Shown here: piece by piece, positions 8,191 to 16,060 of the stretch
How the letters are laid out: each line of letters opens with the position of its first letter
How positions within the stretch are numbered: the first letter of the stretch is position 1
From: Oscillospiraceae bacterium
GTDB lineage: Bacteria; Bacillota; Clostridia; Oscillospirales; Oscillospiraceae
DNA length: 64,000 nt
Reading direction: 5' to 3'
Assembly: GCA_017516005.1 (NCBI GenBank)
Contig: JAFWDU010000006.1
Span: forward strand, 36,678 to 100,677
Position numbers and translations under genes: made by a program
Notes under the pieces: model-generated
Told to the model about the DNA's origin: nothing
Databases searched by the model: none
What the model saw: the letters and a program-made list of their open reading frames with translations, nothing else

Positions 8191-9231
8191 TTACGTCTCC
8201 AGGAACTGCCGAAATGCAGTTGGAAGAGAATACCGTGTCTCCAGCACGTCGCGATTAACAAACAAAAGATTGTCTGTGCTTTCACAGATCATTTCATAAC
8301 AGCGCATATGCCAGATGATATGCGTGAAAACATGGGATCTGTTCATACATCGAATCAGGGAAACGGGTGCAGCACCCATATCCCGAGCGGCATCAAGAGC
8401 TTCCTGTTCGTTCAGCAGTCCATCCATATGTGGCAGTTCCCATAGGCCGGCAAGCAATCCGTGATCTGGCCTTTGAGACACCGCAATCCGGTCATTCTGA
8501 TCCCGCAGAAGAAAAACCGTCAGATTTTCCTCCCTGCGAGCCTTTTTTTCGGATCGTACAGGATACTGCTCTGTGCGATTTTCCAGAAACGCTTTGCAAA
8601 TATCCGCCAATGGACATATGGAACACGCAGGAGTGCCGTTCGGTACGCATACGATGGCACCGAGTTCCATCAGGCTCTGGGTGAATGTGCCGCATTTGCC
8701 AGCCGGATAGATGCGGCGCAGTGATTCAGTTATCTCTTTTCTTACAGATGGAGCGTCCACTGGATCCTCTAAGCAGAGAAGCCGGGATATAACACGAAGA
8801 ACGTTCCCGTCGACGGCCGGTTCCGGCAGTTCAAAACAGATGGAAGCGATTGCTCCAGCTGTGTAAGGGCCTATCCCGGGAAGAGACAGAATTTCTGGCA
8901 TCTGATTCGGAAATACTCCGTCGAAACGGTCCATAATCATTCGGGCAGCCCTTTGGAGATTTCGCGCTCTTGAGTAGTATCCAAGTCCTTCCCAAAGCTT
9001 GAACACCTGCTCCTCGGGCGCATTCGCCAGTGAAGAAATATCGGGTAGCTCTGAGAGAAACCGTATATAGTATGGCTTGACTGCCTCTACCCTTGTTTGC
9101 TGAAGCATAATCTCTGAGATCCACACATGATATGGTTCGTGATCTCTTCTCCATGGCAGTTCTCTTGCATTTCTGGAAAACCAGGGAAGCAGCCGTTCCG
9201 GCAGAAGCGGATAAAGATCGGATGAAGACAT
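8191..9231 (-). CDS. mutY: A/G-specific adenine DNA glycosylase
   Basis: Contains an HhH-GPD region (LPGIGPYTAGAIASI), an Fe-S Cys cluster (CVPNGTPACSICPLADIC) and a C-terminal NUDIX-like domain. Confidence 0.85.
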   Translation of the reverse strand: MSSSDLYPLLPERLLPWFSRNARELPWRRDHEPYHVWISEIMLQQTRVEAVKPYYIRFLSELPDISSLANAPEEQVFKLWEGLGYYSRARNLQRAARMIMDRFDGVFPNQMPEILSLPGIGPYTAGAIASICFELPEPAVDGNVLRVISRLLCLEDPVDAPSVRKEITESLRRIYPAGKCGTFTQSLMELGAIVCVPNGTPACSICPLADICKAFLENRTEQYPVRSEKKARREENLTVFLLRDQNDRIAVSQRPDHGLLAGLWELPHMDGLLNEQEALDAARDMGAAPVSLIRCMNRSHVFTHIIWHMRCYEMICESTDNLLFVNRDVLETRYSLPTAFRQFLET

Positions 9232-9360
9232 GTCTCACCTCTTTAGTTTTCTTATGCAATATTGTACTCGGCAGAATTCACAAAGTCAAAGAATAATATG
9301 ATGCATTTTCAGGAAAACTTTGCTATAATGAATTTAAATCGTGAAGGCAGGCGGTTATGA

Positions 9361-10152
9361 TTGAAAAAGAAGCTGTTTCTACTGGATATGGATGGAACGC
9401 TCTATCTGAGTGATCAGCTGTTTGATGGAACACTGGACTTCCTCTCCTATATCAGAAGTCATGGAGGAAAACCGGTATTTCTGACCAATAATTCCTCAAA
9501 GGGTGTGGATGCCTACCTGGGAAAAATGCATCGGTTGGGTATTCCCTGTACATCTTCGGATTTCTTTACTTCCGTGGACGCAGCCATTGCTTTTCTTTCA
9601 CAGGACAGGAATAAGAAGATCTATTTATTTGGTACAAGGTCCTTTTATACACAAATGCAACAGGCAGGATTCTGCGTGACAACAACCCTTGAGCCGGACA
9701 TCGATATCCTGCTCTGCGGCTTCGACACGGAACTCACCTTTCAGAAACTGGAGGACGCCTGCATTCTTCTAGGCAGAGGCGTACGATTTGTTGCTACAAA
9801 TCCAGACTGGGTCTGTCCTACGGATTATGGATATGTTCCGGATTGCGGAAGTGTCTGTCAGATGCTTTTCCGAGCAACCGGTAGAACGCCGGAAGTGATT
9901 GGGAAACCGCAGCCGGATATGGCGCTTCTTGCCATGGCAAAAGCTGGAGTATCATCCGAAGAAACCGTTCTGATCGGAGACCGGATCTATACGGATATCG
10001 CATGCGGTGATGCTGCAGGAATTGATACCATTCTTGTGCTTTCCGGGGAATCCACAATGGAAACCCTGAATCAAAGCGAAATCAAACCGACCTACGTAAT
10101 GCAGGATATCCGGCAGGTGCTAACCTGCCTAGAAAGGGAGGAAATCATATGA
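9361..10152 (+). CDS. HAD-IIA family phosphatase (NagD-like)
   Basis: Contains LLDMDGTLY (DxD nucleophile motif), FLTNNSS and GDRIYTDI. The start codon at 9361 is TTG; a later ATG would delete the catalytic Asp. Confidence 0.75.
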   Translation: MKKKLFLLDMDGTLYLSDQLFDGTLDFLSYIRSHGGKPVFLTNNSSKGVDAYLGKMHRLGIPCTSSDFFTSVDAAIAFLSQDRNKKIYLFGTRSFYTQMQQAGFCVTTTLEPDIDILLCGFDTELTFQKLEDACILLGRGVRFVATNPDWVCPTDYGYVPDCGSVCQMLFRATGRTPEVIGKPQPDMALLAMAKAGVSSEETVLIGDRIYTDIACGDAAGIDTILVLSGESTMETLNQSEIKPTYVMQDIRQVLTCLEREEII

Positions 10153-11666
10153 AACTCAGCTACAAGAAGACAGTTCTCGTCGGATTTGCTTTTTTCCTGA
10201 TCTGCGCGTTCTGGCAGGCATACGACAGTATCATCCCCAAGATACTGACTGATAAATTTGGACTGACCCAGAGCATGTCCGGTTTGATTATGGGACTGGA
10301 TAATATTCTTGCACTGTTTATGCTCCCTCTGTTCGGTGCAATTTCAGACCGAACAAAAACCAGATACGGCAAACGGACACCATATATCTTTATCGGTACC
10401 GTTCTTGCTGTTGTCTTTTTCCTGCTTCTGGGTGTTTCAGATCTTGTCCAGCTCAAGCAGCTTGATGAGATCACCATGGATAATCCCACTGCACTGCAGA
10501 CACTGTATGATGCAGATCTGACTGTCACTACACCTGACGGCGAAACAGTGGAGATCAGCAAGGAATTCACAAAAACGGAATTCACGGAAATCGAAAAAGG
10601 TTCTGAGGATTACGCGAAATATGTAACTCCCGCAAGGCAGATGTTTGCCAGACAGAAGACGCTGGATAATCCCAAACCATTTATCTTTTTTATGGCAATC
10701 TTGCTTCTCCTCCTGATCAGTATGGCGATTTTCCGCTCACCTGCTGTGGCACTTATGCCGGATGTAACACTTAAACCGCTTCGCAGCAAAGCCAATGCGA
10801 TTATCAACCTGATGGGCTCCGTCGGTGGTATTCTGGTTTTGGTACTGGGCATTGTTTTTGGAACCGGAAAACTGGATAATTCCCTGATGAGTTACCTTCT
10901 GTTTTTCGCTTGCATTGCTCTTATTATGACTGCCGCCCTTGTTGTATTTGCGCTGACCGTGCGCGAGCCCAAATGGAGCGAAGAAATGCTTACGGAATCC
11001 GCACAGCTTGGAATTGAAACAACAGATGACAAGCCTGAAAACGGTGACAGAAAACTGCAGAAGGGCGAACGGACATCTCTGCTTCTTCTCCTTCTCTCGG
11101 TAATCCTTTGGTTCATGGGCTACAACGCGGTTACTTCCAAGTACTCTGTTTATGCAGGAAGCGTTCTGAATCTAGACTTCAATATGACACTGATTATTGC
11201 TCAGGCAGCGGCAATCATTTCCTATCTTCCGGTTGGCTTTATCGCTTCTAAGGTAGGAAGAAAGAGCTGCATTCTATTCGGTATCATCATTATGGGACTT
11301 TCCTTCTTCGCTGCATCCTTCCTTCGTATGGGAACATCCATGTGGGTTATGACGATCTTCTTTGCACTTGCCGGCATCGGCTGGGCTACCATCAATGTAA
11401 ACAGCTTCCCGATGGTTGTTGAGCTTGCAACCGGCAGCAATGTTGGCCGGTATACCGGTTTCTACTATACGGCAAGTATGTTCGCCCAGACTGTAACGCC
11501 CTATTTTTCCGGCCTGATTATGGACAGATGGGGTATGCGTACGCTCTTCCCTTACGGTGCCATTTTTGTACTTCTTGCACTTCTGAGCATGCAGGGAGTT
11601 CGTCACGGTGATAATCGTCCCACTGCAAAACAGGTTGTTCTGGATGCTTTTGAAGTGGAGGATTGA
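10149..11666 (+). CDS. MFS transporter (SLC45/GPH-like) with a large internal hydrophilic loop
   Basis: 505 aa with multiple hydrophobic spans and an MFS-like GAISDRTKTRYGKRTPYI motif. The start overlaps the HAD stop (ATGA at 10149..10152). Confidence 0.75.
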   Translation: MKLSYKKTVLVGFAFFLICAFWQAYDSIIPKILTDKFGLTQSMSGLIMGLDNILALFMLPLFGAISDRTKTRYGKRTPYIFIGTVLAVVFFLLLGVSDLVQLKQLDEITMDNPTALQTLYDADLTVTTPDGETVEISKEFTKTEFTEIEKGSEDYAKYVTPARQMFARQKTLDNPKPFIFFMAILLLLLISMAIFRSPAVALMPDVTLKPLRSKANAIINLMGSVGGILVLVLGIVFGTGKLDNSLMSYLLFFACIALIMTAALVVFALTVREPKWSEEMLTESAQLGIETTDDKPENGDRKLQKGERTSLLLLLLSVILWFMGYNAVTSKYSVYAGSVLNLDFNMTLIIAQAAAIISYLPVGFIASKVGRKSCILFGIIIMGLSFFAASFLRMGTSMWVMTIFFALAGIGWATINVNSFPMVVELATGSNVGRYTGFYYTASMFAQTVTPYFSGLIMDRWGMRTLFPYGAIFVLLALLSMQGVRHGDNRPTAKQVVLDAFEVED

Positions 11667-11668
11667 AC

Positions 11669-12523
11669 ATGCATGTCTTCATTTGGTTCCTGATCTCACT
11701 AGCTGCACTGGCACTTCTTTGGATGTTGGCCATTGCACCCAGGACCCATTCCCCTGATCTCCTGCCGGAACTGCATGACTGGATGTATGCACACAGAGGC
11801 TTTCATGATGATGCCCTGGGGCTGCCGGAGAACTCACTCGGCGCATTTCGCAGAGCGGCAGGAGAAGGTTTTGCGGCTGAATTGGACGTGCATCTGACAA
11901 AAGACGGTCAGCTGGCAGTGATGCATGACGAATCCCTGCTGAGAATGTGCGGTGTTGACCGCAGAATATGCGATTGCATATCCGATGAACTGCGCTCGTA
12001 CAAACTAGGAAAATCTCAGGAAGGAATCCCTTTTTTGGAGGATGTTCTCCCCTATTTTGAGAGCACGACCCCTCTTCTGATTGAACTGAAAACATGCGGG
12101 AAGAATGCTCCGGAACTCTGTGAGCGTTTGATGAGAACGCTGGACGGCTATAACGGCATGTACTGTATAGAGTCCTTTGATCCGAGAGTACTAATCTGGT
12201 TCCGCCGAAACCGCCCGAAGATTGTGCGAGGACAGCTTTCCACCAATTATACAAAGCACAATGAAAAGCTGAATCCTGTTCTAAGATTCCTTCTGCACAA
12301 TTATCTTCTCAACTTTATTGCAAAGCCTGATTTTCTAGCATATAACATTGAGGATTACCGTGACAGAAGCATTAATCTCTGCAGAAAAATTTATGACGTC
12401 ACGGAATTCTCCTGGACAGTGCGGAACAAAGAACAGCAGAATATCGCAGACGCAATGAATTCTGCGCTAATTTTTGAACTGTTTGATCCCAGAAAAGATT
12501 TCAATGCGCACATGGACTTTTAA
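11669..12523 (+). CDS. Glycerophosphodiester phosphodiesterase family protein (N-terminal membrane anchor)
   Basis: Motifs HRGFHD...ENSLGAFRRA...ELDVHLTKDGQLAVMHDE are GDPD signature motifs. Start set to ATG at 11669, with a GGAGG RBS 7 nt upstream. Confidence 0.8.
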   Translation: MHVFIWFLISLAALALLWMLAIAPRTHSPDLLPELHDWMYAHRGFHDDALGLPENSLGAFRRAAGEGFAAELDVHLTKDGQLAVMHDESLLRMCGVDRRICDCISDELRSYKLGKSQEGIPFLEDVLPYFESTTPLLIELKTCGKNAPELCERLMRTLDGYNGMYCIESFDPRVLIWFRRNRPKIVRGQLSTNYTKHNEKLNPVLRFLLHNYLLNFIAKPDFLAYNIEDYRDRSINLCRKIYDVTEFSWTVRNKEQQNIADAMNSALIFELFDPRKDFNAHMDF

Positions 12524-12590
12524 ATACCCTGAAGGCATCAGGAATGATGCAAGGAAAAACAAACACAGCTTATGAATGGAGGATCCTGTC

Positions 12591-12881
12591 ATGATTAAAA
12601 TCGTTGTCAACATGCCTGTTAAGAAAGGACTCGCTGAAGCATTTAAACAGGAAGCGAAGGAACTGATTCTGAAGTCCGCAGCTGAAGCCGGAAACATCTA
12701 CTATACGCTCAATGAAAGTGTTGAGAATCCCGGTTCTTTTGCAATTATGGAGTGCTGGAAAGATCAGGCGGCTATTGATTACCACAATGCTACTGAGCAC
12801 TTCACATCTATTCTGCCGAAACTGGTAGCAATGTGCGATGGGGATATTCCCATTATGCATTATACCGAGGTAAGCTTCTGA
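12591..12881 (+). CDS. Antibiotic biosynthesis monooxygenase (ABM) domain protein
   Basis: About 96 aa with MIKIVVNMPVKKG....ECWKDQAAIDYHNATEHF, typical of ABM/Dabb fold proteins. A GGAGG RBS lies 8 nt upstream of ATG at 12591. Confidence 0.7.
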   Translation: MIKIVVNMPVKKGLAEAFKQEAKELILKSAAEAGNIYYTLNESVENPGSFAIMECWKDQAAIDYHNATEHFTSILPKLVAMCDGDIPIMHYTEVSF

Positions 12882-12953
12882 AAAAAGCTGAAGGCAGCTC
12901 CAATCCGGAGCCGCCTTCCCTTCAGAGAGAGATTCAGAGAGTGAGGTGAATGC

Positions 12954-13577
12954 ATGCCGGATATCTATTACTGCCTGACGCAGGATCAGGGCAATTCTTC
13001 CAGTGAAAGAAAAAAACTGGAACATCTTGCTGGACTGGGGCTACTGTCCATCTGTCTGAAGGATCTGCTTGGGTTCAGCCCAAATGAGATTCGCCTGGAA
13101 TACGGCCGATTCGGGAAGCCCGCCCTTCCGGATTACCCTCAAATTCATTTCAATATTTCACATTGCCGAGGACTTGTGGTTTGTGCAGCAGCATCACAGC
13201 CGATTGGTATCGACTGTGAGGGAATAAGAAATGTATCAGAAGCTTTGATCCGCAAAGTCCTGACTGAAACAGAACAGGAAGCCGTATTTCGTGCGCCTTT
13301 CAGCAACGAGTCGCAAAACAGCAGATTTCTTCAGTTCTGGACGCTGAAAGAAGCATACAGCAAATACACCGGTAAGGGAATCACGATGGATTTTCAGTCC
13401 TTTTCCTTTTCGATATCTGACACCGGACTGGCAGTCTGCTCGGATCCGGACGTGGCATGTGCACTGATTCCTCTGCAGCCCGGCTATGTGATCTCCCTGT
13501 GCTGCGGAAAAAGCGATCAGCCGTTTTCTTTGAAGCTGCATCCAATCAATTCTGAAGACCTTGTTCCCTATCTTTAA
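12954..13577 (+). CDS. 4'-phosphopantetheinyl transferase, Sfp type
   Basis: Motifs GIDCEGI and WTLKEAYSKYTGKG are the PPTase motifs. A GAGGTG RBS precedes the start. Confidence 0.8.
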   Translation: MPDIYYCLTQDQGNSSSERKKLEHLAGLGLLSICLKDLLGFSPNEIRLEYGRFGKPALPDYPQIHFNISHCRGLVVCAAASQPIGIDCEGIRNVSEALIRKVLTETEQEAVFRAPFSNESQNSRFLQFWTLKEAYSKYTGKGITMDFQSFSFSISDTGLAVCSDPDVACALIPLQPGYVISLCCGKSDQPFSLKLHPINSEDLVPYL

Positions 13578-13712
13578 GGTCACTGAAATGTGAATCCGTG
13601 AAAAAAACTATTGGGATCAGAAAAAGGATAACTGTTCTGTCAGTGAGCTATAGAAATAGTCATATAACAAAGCAATACAGATTCCGTGTTCAAGATTAGA
13701 GCACGATAAAGC

Positions 13713-13746
13713 GAAACCCGGAGCAGCAATGCTGCTCCGGGTGTTT
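13713..13746. terminator. Hairpin between convergent PPTase and EF-G-like genes
   Basis: CCCGGAGCAGC-aat-GCTGCTCCGGG, flanked by A/T runs. Confidence 0.6.
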
Positions 13747-13756
13747 CAATTCAACA

Positions 13757-15817
13757 TTATTCGATGTTGCCAGCCTTCTTGGCTTCTTCAATGATCTTTG
13801 CCTGATTCGCCTGAGGAACTTCCTCATAACGAAGGAATTCAAGACTGTAGGAACCACGACCCTGAGTGACGGAGCGCAGATCAATGGCATAACTGCTCAT
13901 TTCGCCCTGCGGAACTTCTGCTTCGATAATAGTCTCACCGTCGCCGTTCGGCGTCATGCCGAGAACACGACCGCGGCGCTTGCTCAGATCGCCCATGATG
14001 TCACCGGTAAACTTATCGGGAACAACGACCTTCAAGAGGCAAACAGGTTCCAGAATGGTGGGAGCGGCAGTGGGCAGGCCTTCTTTGTAGGCAATGCCTG
14101 CAGCAGTCTGGAATGCCATATCGGAGGAGTCGACGGGATGAGAGGATCCAAAGTAAAGGGTTGCCTTCAGGAACACAACCGGATAACCAGCAAGGACGCC
14201 CTTGGTAACAGAGCTGCGCAGGCCCTTCTCAACAGAAGGAATGAAGTTCTTCGGAACGCAGCCGCCGACAGTCTCATCGGCAAAAATCATTTCTTCGGAT
14301 TCCGTCTGAGGCTCAAAGCGGATATAAACATCACCGAACTGGCCGTGTCCGCCGGACTGTTTCTTGTGACGTCCATGTACTTCGACTTTCTTCTTGATGG
14401 ATTCACGATAGGCGATTTTTGCGGGCTTGAGTTCGATCTCAACGCCGTATTTGTTCTTCAGCTTGGAACTGATCAGATCCAGATGAATGTCACCGACACC
14501 AGAGATAACCATCTCCTTGGTTTCCGGGTCATTCTCATACTTGAAAGAGCAATCTTCTTCGCGGATCTTGTTAATGCCTGTCGCAACCTTGTCCTCAGTG
14601 CCCTTGACCTTTGCGTAAACAGCCATCTTATAGCAAGGCTCATCATAGACAATCGGATCAATTGTGATTGGTGCATTCTGCTGGCAGAGCGTATCACTGG
14701 TCTTAACAGAGGTGAGCTTTGTCAGAACGCCGATATCGCCGCATGCGAGCTTGTCAACTTCCGTCGTCTTTTTGCCCTTTGCAACATAAAGATGTGCAAG
14801 CTTTTCGTTAACGCCGGCACGAACATTGTACAGGCTCATATCAGGTGTGATCTCTCCGGAGAGTACCTTGAAATAGGAGTTCTTGCCGTACTGATCAGAG
14901 ATGGTCTTGAAAACAAATAGGATGGGAGCGCCCTTTGCATCACATGGAACGCTGACTGCCTCACCTGCTCCGTTAACGCCCTTTGCGGGAATGCCTTCAG
15001 CAGGAGTGGGAGCAAGCGCAACCAAACCGTCAAGAAGCATAAGCGTGCCGAGTCCGTTCATTGCGCAGCCGCAGTATACAGGGAACAGAACGCGGGTACG
15101 GATCGCTTCACGGACACCTGAGGACATTTCTTCCGCGGTGAAATCCTCACCGCCGAAATACTTCTCCATGAGTTCTTCGGAAGTCTCGGCAACGGCTTCC
15201 TTGATGGTCTCCATGTATTCCTCAATGCGGTCAGCCGCATCAGAAGGAACATCGATCTTCTTGCCGTTCTGGTCAAAAGCTTCTCCAGTCAGCACGTTGA
15301 CAAGACCGGTAGCCTTGTCGCCATTGAGAATCGGGAATACCAGAGGAACAACAGACTGGCTGAACTGGTCCTTGAGGGAATCCACAACGCCAAAGAAATT
15401 GGCGTGCTCCTCATCAAGCTTTGAGACATAGAAGAAAGCAGGCAGATTCGCCTTCAGAAGGTACTTCCATCCCTTCTCAGTGCCAACACCGATGCCGCCC
15501 TTTGCAGAAAGGACGATCAGGCCGGAATCAGAAACGCGAAGGCTCTGAACAATCTCACCGGCAAAATCAAAGTATCCGGGATTATCCAGAACATTGATCT
15601 TCGTATTTTTGTACTCCACAGGAATGACGGAAGTGGAGATGGACGTTTTTCTCTTGATTTCTTCGGAATCGTAGTCACTGACAGTGTTGCCGTCGGCTGC
15701 TTTGCCAAGACGGTCAGTACCCTTGGTCAGGAAGAGCATGCTCTCGCAGAGCGCGCTCTTGCCATCGCCGCCGTGACCGAGCAGGCTGATGTTTCTCAGA
15801 TCCTTCGTGTTATACAT
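13757..15817 (-). CDS. Elongation factor G paralog (divergent G domain)
   Basis: 686 aa, colinear with EF-G (G domain through domain V). G1 is GHGGDGKS, G3 is DNPGYFDF and G4 is SKLD, in place of AHIDAGKT, DTPGHVDF and NKMD. Confidence 0.85.
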   Translation of the reverse strand: MYNTKDLRNISLLGHGGDGKSALCESMLFLTKGTDRLGKAADGNTVSDYDSEEIKRKTSISTSVIPVEYKNTKINVLDNPGYFDFAGEIVQSLRVSDSGLIVLSAKGGIGVGTEKGWKYLLKANLPAFFYVSKLDEEHANFFGVVDSLKDQFSQSVVPLVFPILNGDKATGLVNVLTGEAFDQNGKKIDVPSDAADRIEEYMETIKEAVAETSEELMEKYFGGEDFTAEEMSSGVREAIRTRVLFPVYCGCAMNGLGTLMLLDGLVALAPTPAEGIPAKGVNGAGEAVSVPCDAKGAPILFVFKTISDQYGKNSYFKVLSGEITPDMSLYNVRAGVNEKLAHLYVAKGKKTTEVDKLACGDIGVLTKLTSVKTSDTLCQQNAPITIDPIVYDEPCYKMAVYAKVKGTEDKVATGINKIREEDCSFKYENDPETKEMVISGVGDIHLDLISSKLKNKYGVEIELKPAKIAYRESIKKKVEVHGRHKKQSGGHGQFGDVYIRFEPQTESEEMIFADETVGGCVPKNFIPSVEKGLRSSVTKGVLAGYPVVFLKATLYFGSSHPVDSSDMAFQTAAGIAYKEGLPTAAPTILEPVCLLKVVVPDKFTGDIMGDLSKRRGRVLGMTPNGDGETIIEAEVPQGEMSSYAIDLRSVTQGRGSYSLEFLRYEEVPQANQAKIIEEAKKAGNIE

Positions 15818-15913
15818 TGATGCTTCCCCTTTCGAACATTGCTTTTATTAACCCGCGGGCCATAAAAGCAGCATCGGCTCCGCGCAGCACGCGCCAAACC
15901 GACGCATAGAGTA

Positions 15914-15942
15914 ATTATAGTGATAATTCCCGTGACTTTCAA
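15914..15942 (-). promoter_or_regulatory. Sigma-A promoter for the EF-G paralog
   Basis: Minus strand has TTGAAA (15942..15937), a 17-nt spacer, then TATAAT (15919..15914), leaving a 5' UTR of about 90 nt. Confidence 0.6.
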
Positions 15943-16026
15943 TCCAAAATCTGATGGAAATACCGAGGAAACAGAATTTGGTGCAAGTTAAATAAAAACA
16001 AAGCAACAAATTTGTTGATTATGTGT

Positions 16027-16060
16027 AAACACCGGAACAGCAGATGCTGAACCGGTGTTT
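16027..16060 (-). terminator. Hairpin overlapping the stop codon of the 655-aa membrane protein gene
   Basis: AAACACCGG..CCGGTGTTT with a T-rich tail on the minus strand. Confidence 0.45.
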
